21,983 nucleotides of DNA from Chiloscyllium plagiosum (GCF_004010195.1 NC_057719.1:3169797-3191779), one strand, 5' to 3'. Numbered from the stretch's first letter, positions 1 to 9,481 are shown. Numbers and translations: made by a program. Notes: generated by a model from the letters alone, not told the origin.

Positions 1-283
1 ACCTCACCCTTTCCCACATTGTACTCCATCTGCCACTTCTTTGCCCACCCTCCTAAACTGTCCAAATCCTTCTACAGCCTCCCTACCTCCTCAATGCTAC
101 CTGTCCCTCCACCGATCTTTATATCATTGCAAACTTAGCCAGAATGCCTTCAGTTCCTTCATCTAGATCATTAATGTATAAAGTGAAACGTTGTGGTCCC
201 AACACTGAGTCTTACGGAACGCACTTGTCACCGGCTACCATCCTGAGAAGGACCCTTTTATCCTCACTCTCTGCTTCCTGCTT
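1..283 (-). mobile_element. CR1-clade LINE ORF2 reverse-transcriptase fragment (degenerate; runs off the window start)
   Basis: Minus-strand translation gives RT motifs across frameshifts: KQRVRIKGSFSGW, SVLGPQRFTLYINDLDEGTEGILAKFA, LDSLGGWAKKWQMEYNVGK. Confidence 0.85.
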
Positions 284-700
284 TTATCCTTCCCCTAGTG
301 GGGTGACCAGAACTGGACACAGTACTCCAGAAGAGGTCTCATTGATATCCTGTACAACCTCAACGTGACATCCTAACTCGCTGTACTCAAAGGTCAGAGC
401 AATGAAGGCCAGATTGCCAAATGTCCTCTCGACATGTGACACAAATTTCAAAGAATTATGTACCTGAACCCCTACGTCTCTCTGTTCTACAACATTACCC
501 AGGGCCCTACTATTAACAGTATAAGTCCTGCTTTTGTTTATTTTACCAAAATGCAGCACCTCACATTTTTCCAAACTAAACTCCATTTGCCACTCCTCAG
601 CCCATTGACCAAGATCCCTTTGTAATTTTAGATAACTTTCCTCACTGTCCACCATGCCATCCGCAAAGTTACTAACCATACCTCCTAACCTTTCATCCAA
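284..700 (-). mobile_element. CR1-clade LINE ORF2 fragment (post-RT region, internally deleted)
   Basis: ORF 284-700 contains WAEEWQMEFSLEKCEVLHFG...VEQRDVGVQVHNSLK, typical of CR1 ORF2. Confidence 0.88.
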
Positions 701-774
701 ATGGTGAGGAGTGAAATATCAGGCAGCTGCCTTGACCCTTTATGCCAATTGTGGACTGTTACCCTCCTGGAATA

Positions 775-788
775 AGAGAGAGAGAGAG
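775..788 (+). repeat. (AG)n microsatellite
   Basis: About 7 AG units adjacent to the LINE 3' tail. Confidence 0.8.
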
Positions 789-2095
789 TCATAGTGATGT
801 GCAGCACTAAAACAGACCCTTCAGTCCAACTCGTCCATGCTGACCAGGTATCCTAACCTAATCTAGATTAGATTACTTATAGTGTGGAAACAGTGCCTTC
901 AAATCCACACCGGCCCTCCGTAGAGCAACCCACCCAGACCCATTCCCCTACACCTAACACTACGCCTAACCTGCACATTTTTGAATTGTGGGAGGAAACT
1001 GGAGCACCCGGAGGAAACCCACGCAGACACGGGGAGAATGTGCAAACTCCACACAGAAAGTTGCCTGAGGCGGGAATTGAACCCGGGTCTCTGGCGCTGT
1101 GAGGCAGCAGTGCTAACCACTGTGCCACCGTGCCGCCCACTAATCCCATTTGACAGCACCCGTGTGCTTATCCCTCCAAACGCTTCCTATTCATATACCC
1201 ATCCAGATGCCTTTTAAATGTTGTAATTATACCAGCCTCCACCACTTCCTCTGGCAGCTCATTCTATACATGCACCACCCTCTGCGTTAAAATGTTGCTC
1301 TTTAGGTCCCTTTTAAATCTTTCCCCTCTCACCTAAATATATGCCCTTGAGTTCTAGACTCTCCCACCTCAGGGAGAAAAATATCTTTGTCTATTTACCC
1401 TATCCATGCCCCTCATGATTTTATAAACCTCTATGAGGTCACCCCTCAGCCTCTGATGCTCCAGGGAAAACAGCCCCAGCCTATTCAACCTCTCCCTATA
1501 GCTCAAACCCTCCAATCCTGGCAACACCCTTGTAAATCTTTTCTGAACCCTTTCAAGTTTCACAACATCTTTCCAATAGGAAGGAGACCAGAATTGCATG
1601 CAATATTCCAACAGTGGCCTAACCAGTGTCCTGTACAGCCACAACATGACCTCCCAACTCCTGTGCTCAATACTCTGACCAATAAAGGAAAGCATACCAA
1701 ATGCCTTCTTCACTATCCTATCAATAAAGGTAAGTGTGCCAAACCTTCACTATCCTATCCACCTGCTATTCCAATTTCAAGGAGCTATGAACCTTCACTC
1801 CAAGGTCTTTTTGTTCAGCAACACTCCCCAGGACCTTACCATTAAGTGTATAAGTCCTGACCTGAAATGCCTTTCTGAAATGCAGCATCTCACATTTATC
1901 TGAATTAAACTCCATCTGCCACTTCTCAGCCCATTGGCACATCTGGTCAAGATCTTATTGTAATCTGAGGTAACCTGCTTCGCTGTCCACTATACCTCCA
2001 ATCTCCAATGACAAAAAGCAGTGGACCCAGCACTGATCCTTGTGACACTCCACTGGTCACAGGCCTCCAGTCTGAAAAACAACCCTACACAATCT
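788..2095 (-). mobile_element. HER1-type (shark CR1) LINE 3' portion, 5'-truncated, interrupted by a SINE at ~864-1138
   Basis: ORF 1369-1713 reads LYRTLVRPLLEYCMQFWSP...LERVQKRFTR...RLRGDLIEVYKIMRG. The 3' UTR is the reverse complement of the + strand copies at 3896-4475 and 7921-8244. An RT motif (SGVSQGSVLGPLLFVI) lies at ~2005-2055. Confidence 0.9.
864..1138 (-). mobile_element. HE1-type V-SINE (tRNA-derived head, V-domain, LINE-derived tail)
   Basis: Minus strand starts GGGCGGCACGGTGGCACAGTGGTTAGCACTG (A box) ... GGGTTCAATTCCC (B box). V-domain GTGTGGAGTTTGCACATTCTCCCCGTGTCTGCGTGGGTTTCCTCCGGGTGCTCC follows. It ends in a (TAATC)n tail, and the host LINE resumes on both sides. Confidence 0.93.
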
Positions 2096-2353
2096 CCATG
2101 GTGGAGTGGGGGGGGAGTATGGTGGGGCAAATATTGCAAGCAATAAAAGTGCCCAGCTCTGATTGTTGGTGCCAGTGCGGTGGTGCCCTGTGTGAGGGAG
2201 TAGACAGCACTGAGGGCATGTGGAGAGACTGGTGCCAAGGGATGGGGGGTGGAGAGGTGAGAGCATCTGAGGGGAGGATGTTGATGTGACAGTGAGGGAG
2301 GTAGAGCATGGGTCTTGGTGGGGGTTGGTACAGTAGCAGAGCGTGAGTGTGAG

Positions 2354-2853
2354 NNNNNNNNNNNNNNNNNNNNNNNNNNNNNNNNNNNNNNNNNNNNNNN
2401 NNNNNNNNNNNNNNNNNNNNNNNNNNNNNNNNNNNNNNNNNNNNNNNNNNNNNNNNNNNNNNNNNNNNNNNNNNNNNNNNNNNNNNNNNNNNNNNNNNNN
2501 NNNNNNNNNNNNNNNNNNNNNNNNNNNNNNNNNNNNNNNNNNNNNNNNNNNNNNNNNNNNNNNNNNNNNNNNNNNNNNNNNNNNNNNNNNNNNNNNNNNN
2601 NNNNNNNNNNNNNNNNNNNNNNNNNNNNNNNNNNNNNNNNNNNNNNNNNNNNNNNNNNNNNNNNNNNNNNNNNNNNNNNNNNNNNNNNNNNNNNNNNNNN
2701 NNNNNNNNNNNNNNNNNNNNNNNNNNNNNNNNNNNNNNNNNNNNNNNNNNNNNNNNNNNNNNNNNNNNNNNNNNNNNNNNNNNNNNNNNNNNNNNNNNNN
2801 NNNNNNNNNNNNNNNNNNNNNNNNNNNNNNNNNNNNNNNNNNNNNNNNNNNNN
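2354..2853. other. Assembly gap (500 N)
   Basis: Run of N. Confidence 1.
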
Positions 2854-3484
2854 CCATTATACAACCCTACTCTCTTGACATTATAAAGTATTTATTCAAA
2901 TCTTCTGCTATTTCTTGGCTCCTCATTATTTTTCCCAAGTCTCATTCTCTAAGGGATTTATGTTCACTTTTGCCTCTCTCTTCCTTTTGACATATTTAGA
3001 AGAAGCTCTTACTGTTTGTTTTTATATTACTTGCTTATTTGCCTCATAGTTTATATTTTTCCCTCAGATATGTTTTCATTGGCTTTCGTTGGCTTTAGGA
3101 TATTCCCAATCCTTCATCTTTTTAATTTTGCCACATTTTATGACTTTTTTCTTTAAATGTAATATTATCCTTCCGTCACTTGTGTTAGCCGTGTCCAGTT
3201 TATTCTCTTCGAAGAATCCTTCTTCCTCACTGGGACATATCTTTGCTTTCGGTCATGAACTATTTTATTAAATGTCGGTCATTCTTCCTCAACCATCCTT
3301 TCTGTTAATCGCCTTTCCCGGTCCACTCCAGTCAACTCAGCCTCATTATTTAGTAATTATCCTTATTTGAGCTTAGTGTAGCTGTTTATGGCCCAAGTTT
3401 CTTACTCTCAAAATAAATGTGAAATTCTACCATGTTATGGTCACTGTTCCCTCAGCAATCTTTTAGTCTGACATTATTTCTTAA

Positions 3485-3674
3485 TGATTTGGAGATGCCG
3501 GTGTTGGACTGGAGTGTACAAAGTTAAAAATCACACAACACCAGGTTATAGTCCAACAGGTTTAATTGGAAGCACACTAGCTTTCGGAGCGACGCTCCTT
3601 GGAGCGGCGCTCCGAAAGCTAGTGTGCTTCCAATTAAACCTGTTGGACGATAACCTGGTGTTGTGTGATTTTTA
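3485..3674. mobile_element. Fold-back (palindromic) Penelope-like retroelement remnant with 14-bp TSD
   Basis: Inverted arms 3523-3598 and 3601-3676 (74/76 complementary), with a 38-nt extension at 3485-3522. Direct repeat ACATTATTTCTTAA at 3471-3484 and 3675-3688. Both arms contain GGAGC-N3-GCTCC-GAAAGCTA (hammerhead stem II plus GAAA). Confidence 0.8.
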
Positions 3675-3895
3675 ACATTATTTCTTAAAATTTCCCCTTA
3701 CACGTCACCAAAAACCTGATCTCTTATTGGATCTGCCACATATTGTTCCAGGAAACTGTCCTGAATACAGTCTTTGAATTCTTTCTTATGGCTCCCTTTA
3801 CCAGTTAAAATCACCCATTGCCTTTTTTACTGCCTTTCCCCACATCCGCCCCCCCACCAATGCCTTCTTTCCCTTTTTTATTTCTTACCTGAACC

Positions 3896-4475
3896 CATGT
3901 TGCAGCTGTACAGGAAACTGATGAGGCTAATTTTCAAATACTGCATGCAATTCTGGTCTCCCTACTATAGGAAGGATGCTATGAAACTTGAAAGGGTTCA
4001 GAAAAGATTTACAAGGATGTTGCCAGGGTTGGAGGATTTGAGCTACAGGGAGAGGTTGAACAGGCTGGGGCTGTTTTCCCTGGAGCGTCAGAGGCTGAGG
4101 GGTGACCTAATAGAGGTTTATAAAATCATGAGGGGCATGGATAGTGTAAATGGACAAGGCCTTTTCCCTGGGGTGTCCAGAACTAGAGGGCATAAGTATA
4201 GGGTGAGAGGGGAAAGATATAAAAGGGTCCTAAGGGGCAACATTTTCACATAGAGGGTGGTACGTGTGTGGAACGAGCTGCCAGAGGAAGTGGTGGAGGC
4301 TGGTACAATTATAACTTTTAAAAAGCATCTGGATGGGTACATGAATAGGAAGGGTTTAGAGGGATATGGGCCAAATGCTGACAAATGGGACTAGATTGAT
4401 CTAAGATATCTGGTTGACATGGACAAATTGGACTGAAAGGTCTGTTTCCATGCTGTACATCTCTATGACTCTATG
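3896..4475 (+). mobile_element. HER1-type CR1 LINE 3' fragment
   Basis: Encodes YCMQFWSPYYRKDAMKLERVQKRFTRMLPGLEDLSYRERLNRLGLFSLERQRLRGDLIEVYKIMRG and ends in a CTCTATGACTCTATG tail. Confidence 0.92.
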
Positions 4476-4979
4476 TGGATCTATATCTACTGATCCAAGA
4501 TAACTTCTTGCTATCCAAATTATTCCATATTGTACTAACAAAGCCAGCCCACTATTGTCCCCTTCCAACCTATTCTTTCAAAAAGCCATATACCCCTGAA
4601 TGTTGAGTTCCCAGTTATGATCTCCTTGTAACCATGTCTCTGTAATGGCTATAAGATCATACCCATTCACCTGTATTTGTTTTAGTAAGTCATCTATTTT
4701 GCTCTGAATACCACATGCATTTTAGGTGAAGAGTTTTGCCTTTTTACCATTTTCTCCCCTTTAACCCTATGTTTTTTTATTTAATGTTGGTAGACTGTCC
4801 TTTCCTGCCCCACTTCGGATATCATTAACAAAATTGCTGGCCTGTAAGGCTATCATTTGCTCTTATTTTATAAGCCGATATCTCCTCTTGCCTGAACCCA
4901 CCCTCTTTATTTGTTTAAAGCCCTCTCTACAGGCCCAATTGTTTGATTATCCAGGACATTGGTCTGAGCACATTTCAAG

Positions 4980-5771
4980 TGTTATGACGTGGAGACAATC
5001 AGCCTTTCGACCTCTGTATTTGCAACAAAGTCAAATTATAACCTTCAAAGATTTTCAAAATTGATGCTAGTGGTTCCTGACCAGACTCTGTATTGACAAT
5101 TCTTGACATTGGTATATATATATATATATATAAAAACTTAACAATTTATTAATAATGCAGAAACTTTAGCAAAGCAAATTTAAACAACAAAGTAATCTCT
5201 GTCTGATTTAAAACTCGATAACATTTGTTTTTAATCCCACTCGCATGAAACTCTACGGTCGATAAACAAACACAGTAGAGATAAATCCATGAAAATAACA
5301 AAACTGGCCAAATTACCTGAGCAGTTTTCATGATACATTGTTCCACTGGCTTATATGATGGTTCCTTGGTTGATTTTCTGAAGACGTCCATCAGACTCAT
5401 CCTTTCAGATCATGGAAGAAATCAGTGACGACACTAACTTTGTTTCTATTCTCTGAACTTCCAATAGCTGGCATAGGGAGAGAGCTTTCAAACCTCCACG
5501 TTGTACCATCAACTGCCAGACTCCTCTGAGAACAAGTCCAGAAACCAGTTGCAGAGTCTGTAGAATATTTTGATCAAGATGTAACTAAATTTCAGGCCTG
5601 GCCTCATAAACAAACAATGGCTTGTTTGTTCTAGCTTCCTTTTGTTTAAAACCATACAGCTGCTCACACTCCTAAGGTCATCTCTAGCTCATAGCCTGAA
5701 GTTCACAGCTCCAAACCAAATTACTAAAAGGATAAAATGAAAATAATGAAAGATCAGCAAGGGTTCTAACA
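4980..5771 (-). mobile_element. Solo LTR (792 bp), probably Gypsy-type
   Basis: Termini TGTTA...TAACA form a 5-bp inverted repeat (TG...CA). Flanked by the 4-bp direct repeat CAAG (4976-4979 and 5772-5775). The host CR1 sequence continues across it. AATAAA on the minus strand near 5145-5150 suggests the orientation. Confidence 0.8.
5113..5132. repeat. (TA)n microsatellite inside the LTR
   Basis: About 10 TA units. Confidence 0.85.
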
Positions 5772-5889
5772 CAAGTGAAGATGGCTCCACCAGAACAGCT
5801 CCCTTCGACCTAGGTGCCAATATTAACTGAAACCCTTACTAACCACCAAAATCCCTCAGCCACTTCTTTACCGCCTCGACTTTATTTCA

Positions 5890-6735
5890 TATTGAAGAAG
5901 ACAAATGGTATGTTGGCCTTCATAGTGAGAGGGTTAGAGTACAGGAGCAGAGATGTCTTGCTGCTATTATACAGGACATTGGTGAGATCACACCTGGAGT
6001 ATTGTGGGCAGTTTTGGTCTCCTTATCTGAGGAAGGATGTCCTGGATATTAACGGAGCACAGCAAGGTTTCCCAGACTGATTCCTGGGATGAAGAGTGTG
6101 GTGCTGGAAAAGCACAGCAGGTCAGGCAGCATCTGAGGAGCAGGAGAATCAACATTTCATACATAAGCCCTTCATCATGAAACGTCGATTCTCCTGCTCC
6201 TTGGATGCTGCCTGACCGGCTGTGCTTTTCCAGCACCACACTCTTTGACTGTGATCACCACACCTGCAGTCCTCACTTCCTCCTGATTCCTGGGATGGCA
6301 GGACTGACGTATGACGAGAGAGTGAATCAGTAAGGATTATATTCACTGGAGTTTAGAAGAATAAAAGGGATCTCATAGAAACCTGTAAAATTCCAACAGG
6401 ATTAGACAGAGTAAACACAGGAAGGATGTTCCTGATGGCCAGGAAGTCCAGAATCAGGGGGTCACAGTCTAAGGATATGAATAAGGCCATTTATGACGAA
6501 GATGAGAATTTCCTTCACCCAGACAGTGGGGAGCCTGTGGAACTCTGCCACAGAAAGCCATTGAGGCCATAACTTTGAATGTTTCCATAAAAGAGCTAGA
6601 TAAAGTTCTTGGGGCTAAAGGGGAGAAAGTGGAACAAAGTAAGGAGTTTGACGAACAGCAATGATCCTATTGAATGGTGAAGCAGTGTCAAAAGGCTGAA
6701 TGGCCTACACCTGTTCCTGCTTTCTCTGTTTCGAT
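5890..6735 (+). mobile_element. CR1-clade LINE 3' fragment (second subfamily), interrupted at 6092-6282
   Basis: Encodes KKTNGMLAFIVRGLEYRSRDVLLLLYRTLVRSHLEYCGQFWSPYLRKDV. The 3' UTR ends GGCTGAATGGCCTACACCTGTTCCTG, homologous to 8245-8642. Confidence 0.88.
6092..6282. mobile_element. Fold-back Penelope-like element with perfect 15-bp TSD
   Basis: Inverted arms 6092-6160 and 6177-6245 (~64/69 complementary), with a 37-nt tail at 6246-6282. TSD CTGATTCCTGGGATG at 6077-6091 and 6283-6297. A degenerate hammerhead core lies in the centre. Confidence 0.85.
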
Positions 6736-6873
6736 GATGTACTGCCTACATATCTGGCATCACACAGGCACTGAAATTCTTATACCATGTTACGCAATGG
6801 GAAGCCTGTCAGTGGCAAACAACAGCCATGTTGCTATAGTATCACATTCCATGGCAAAACTTGTCCCACCACA

Positions 6874-7070
6874 ATTTAGATCAGAGTGGTGCTGGAAAAG
6901 CACAGCAGGTTAGGCAGCATCCGAGGAGCAGGAAAATCGACGTTTCGGGCAAAAGCCCTTCATCAGGAAATTTTCCTGCTCCTTGGATGCTGCCTGACCT
7001 GCTGTGTTTTTCCAGCACCACTCTGATCTAAACTCTGGTTTCCAACAACTGCAGTCCTCACTTTTGCCTA
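6874..7070. mobile_element. Fold-back Penelope-like element, same family as 6092-6282
   Basis: Inverted arms 6875-6937 and 6970-7032 (60/63 complementary), with a 38-nt tail at 7033-7070. Imperfect TSD CTTGTCCCACCACA (6860-6873) / CCTGTACCACCACA (7071-7084). Confidence 0.85.
6931..6976 (-). ncRNA. Minimal type I hammerhead ribozyme motif
   Basis: Minus strand reads GGAAAAUUUC-CUGAUGA-A-GGGC-UUUU-GCCC-GAAA-CGUC^GAUUUUCC. It has the conserved CUGAnGA and GAAA boxes, a 4-bp stem II, a palindromic ACGU in place of stem III, and a GUC cleavage triplet. Confidence 0.7.
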
Positions 7071-7231
7071 CCTGTACCACCACAGCCCACTTGCCAACCA
7101 CGAGAGCACAGTCCTCTCAATTTGTACAACTATTGGTCTTATCCTTGAAATGATGTTCTTGCAAAATGTCCTGGTGAGTGTGAGATGAAAAGCTGTGGCA
7201 AAATGTTGCCTTTTTTCAGTAATGCTGTACT

Positions 7232-7330
7232 TCTAATGAAAAGCTATCAGCCTGAAATATTAGCTCTGTTCCTCTTTTTCACAGGTGCTGTTAGGCCTGC
7301 TGGAAATTTAATACATTTTCTGTTTTTGTA
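7232..7330 (+). mobile_element. Degenerate Penelope-like terminal fragment with decayed hammerhead core
   Basis: CTAATGAAAAGCTATCAGCCTGAAATATTA resembles CUGAUGA...GAAACGUU. It is followed by GGTGCTGTTAGGCCTGCTG, similar to GATGCTGCCTGACCTGCTG in the fold-back elements. Confidence 0.55.
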
Positions 7331-7747
7331 CATTAGTTGTGAGTGACTGTAAATAATTCTACGGCGTAGACTCAACGATTCAATGAAACTTGGTCAAACT
7401 TGTAGCTGAGACAGAGAAAATCGAGAAACTGCTCTCATTAGCCCAGAGAAGGTTAAGGGATTATTTTAATAAATGTTCCGAAAGCAATAATGAAAACGTA
7501 TTATTCAACCTATACAAGAGGAAATCCTAGAGAGGTTTGTAAGGGTTTTTAAAAGGTTTTATACAGGCTGTAACTGCAAGCTATGACAAAGTAATCTCAG
7601 AAAGCTGTCCCTAATTCCTTTCACAATAGTGTTCATGCTAAATGTTAATTGAAGGAAATAAGTTGGTGTCACTAAGTGTTATTATTATTGAGAGCTGAGA
7701 TGATTGATGAAGGTGGTGCTGTTAGATGTTCATTACTTACTCAGCAA

Positions 7748-8642
7748 GCTGGCCTTCGTACTGAGCGGGGACACCTTGCTACAATTGTACAGGGCCTTGG
7801 TGAGACACCCCCGGAATACTGTGTGCCGTTTTGATCTCCTCATCTGAGGAAGGACGTTCTGCGATGGAAGGAGTATAGCGAGGGTTTACCAGACTGATTC
7901 CTGGGATGACTTATGAAGACAGTCTTTTCCCTGGGGTGGGGAAGTCCAGAACTAGAGGGCATAGGTTTAGGGTGAGAGGGGAAAGATATAAAAAGAACAT
8001 AAGGGGCAACGTTTTCACGCAACGGGTGGTGTGTGTATGGAATGAGCTGCCAGAGGAAGAGGTGGAGGCTGGTACAATTGCAACATTTAAAAGGCATCTG
8101 GATGGGTATATGAATAGGAAAGGTTTGGAGGGGTATGGGCCGGGTGCTGGTAGATGAGACTAGATTAGGTTAGAATATCTGGCCAGCATGGATGAGTTGG
8201 ACTGAAGGACCTGTTTCCGTGCTGTATAACTCTATGACTCTATGGTGAGGAATCTCTCCACTCGAGCTTAGAAGAATGAGGGAGAATCTCATAGAAACCT
8301 AGAAAATTCCTACAGGATTAGAGAGGGTTAATGCAGGAAGGATGTTCCCAATGACCAGGGAATCCAGAACTGGGGCTCACAGTCTAAGGACTTAGGGCAG
8401 GCCATTTCGGACTGGGATGAGAATGGGGAGCCTGGGGAATTCTCTGCCATAGAAAGCATTTGAGACCAAAATATTGAATGCTTTCATAAGGAGTTAGATA
8501 TCGTTCTTGGGGCTAAAGGGATAAAAGAAAATATAGAGAAAGTGAGAACAAGAGACTGAGATGGATGATCAGCTACGACCATCTTGAATAGCAAACAGTC
8601 TAAAGGGCTGAATGGCCTCCTCCTGTATTCTATGTTCCTATG
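7748..8642 (+). mobile_element. CR1-clade LINE 3' fragment (same subfamily as 5890-6735) hosting a HER1-type insertion
   Basis: Shares CTGAGGAAGGA...CCAGACTGATTCCTGGGATG and GAAGGATGTTCC...TCACAGTCTAAGGA with the 5890-6735 copy. Ends in a CTATGTTCCTATG tail. Confidence 0.82.
7921..8244 (+). mobile_element. HER1-type CR1 LINE short 3' fragment
   Basis: Encodes LFPGVGKSRTRGHRFRVRGERYKKNIRGNVFTQRVVCVWNELP and has a CTCTATGACTCTATG tail. Highly similar to 4160-4475. Confidence 0.9.
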
Positions 8643-8671
8643 ACACCAGTAGGAACTCTCTATGGTCTTGT

Positions 8672-8830
8672 TCAAACTGTGCCATGGGACCTTTAGCCAG
8701 AACTTAGCCTCATCCAGAAAAGATGACACCTCTGACCGTGTAGCACTACTATGGGTCTTGTGTTCGATTTTGTAGAGTGCGATTTCAGCTCACGACATCC
8801 TGACTCTGGGATTACCCAGTGCAGCACAGG
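8672..8830 (-). mobile_element. DeuSINE-like (SacSINE1/AmnSINE1-related) relic
   Basis: CCTCATCCAGAAAAGATGACACCTCTGACCGTGTAGCACT resembles the reverse-complemented Deu-domain core (recalled as CTCATCCGAAAGACGGCACCTCCGACAGTGCAGCACT). A decayed tRNA-like head follows. Confidence 0.6.
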
Positions 8831-9009
8831 AAGCATAAAGACTGCAGATAGTCCATTCCCATCTCTAATTTAGCACTCATCGTTGGAGAGGTCACATGAT
8901 AGCACAGTGTAAGCTCTCTTCTGGGATTCGACTAAATTATTGCATTGAACCCAGTGTGTAAGCTGACCATCTTGGTGGTTACGACTGCTGTGTTATTCTT
9001 TGCTGAGAT

Positions 9010-9200
9010 TAGGGCATCAGTGTCACTCCTTGTTGCCCATTCCTAATTGTCCTTGAACTGAGCAGCTTGTTAGGGTATTTCAGAGGGCACTTAAAAGTTA
9101 CCCATGTTACCATGGGTCTGAAATGCCACGGGTGTGGTGGGATTTGAACTCTTACCTCTCTGCTTTAGTAGCCTAGCAATATTACTATTATTCCATCAAT
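9010..9200 (-). mobile_element. Degenerate tRNA-derived shark SINE (tail shared with the LINE at 11803-12375)
   Basis: GCCCATTCCTAATTGTCCTTGAA tail, and B-box reverse complement GGGATTTGAACT at ~9138-9150. Homologous to 16825-17143. Confidence 0.6.
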
Positions 9201-9481
9201 TCCTCAGTCTGTATCCCTGCTCAAACCATCAGCCTATATTCCCCTAAACCCAGTTATGATGTTGGAACAAGGTACACACGGAGAGTCCTGAAGATGTTTA
9301 CAGCATGGCACACAGGCCAGCTCAGAATGATCGTGTTATTATTAACAACTACATCTTTCACCATGTCCAACCTTCCTCCCCTCAGCAACCTGAAACAGAA
9401 CCTCCCTGGACCGTCTGGTTTGCTGCCGGGTTCACCTGCACCGTTCTCCAAGCAGATATCATGAAAGCCAGAGCTTATCAG

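Larger units (their letters stand above)
2854..5885 (-). mobile_element. Old, degenerate CR1-clade LINE (end of ORF1, ORF2 endonuclease and linker), split by three younger insertions
   Basis: Minus-strand motifs: YDLIAITETWLQGDHNWELNIQGY (~4590-4665), EFKDCIQDSFLEQYV (~3737-3781), GNSDHNMVEF (~3423-3452). The sequence resumes colinearly after insertions at 3485-3674, 3896-4475 and 4980-5771. Confidence 0.8.
6790..7227 (+). mobile_element. Old repeat, possibly a degenerate Penelope-like pseudo-LTR, hosting the 6874-7070 insertion
   Basis: Contains a decayed hammerhead-like string CCTGGTGAGTGTGAGATGAAAAGCT (~7170-7195). It resembles a shark repeat I recall. Boundaries are approximate. Confidence 0.4.

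Noticed and set aside
1065..1138. tRNA gene
   Set aside because: The A/B boxes belong to the V-SINE head and run straight into the V-domain, with no proper tRNA 3' end.
2057..2990. Long ORFs across the first gap
   Set aside because: Open only because of N runs.
3523..3676. pre-miRNA or DNA-transposon MITE
   Set aside because: The 14-bp TSD, one-sided extension and hammerhead remnants fit a Penelope-like retroelement better. The hairpin is long and nearly perfect, and there is no miRNA evidence.
7620..7650. SOX (ACAATAG) and OCT-like (ATGCTAAAT) motifs
   Set aside because: Short motifs in AT-rich DNA without composite spacing; expected by chance.
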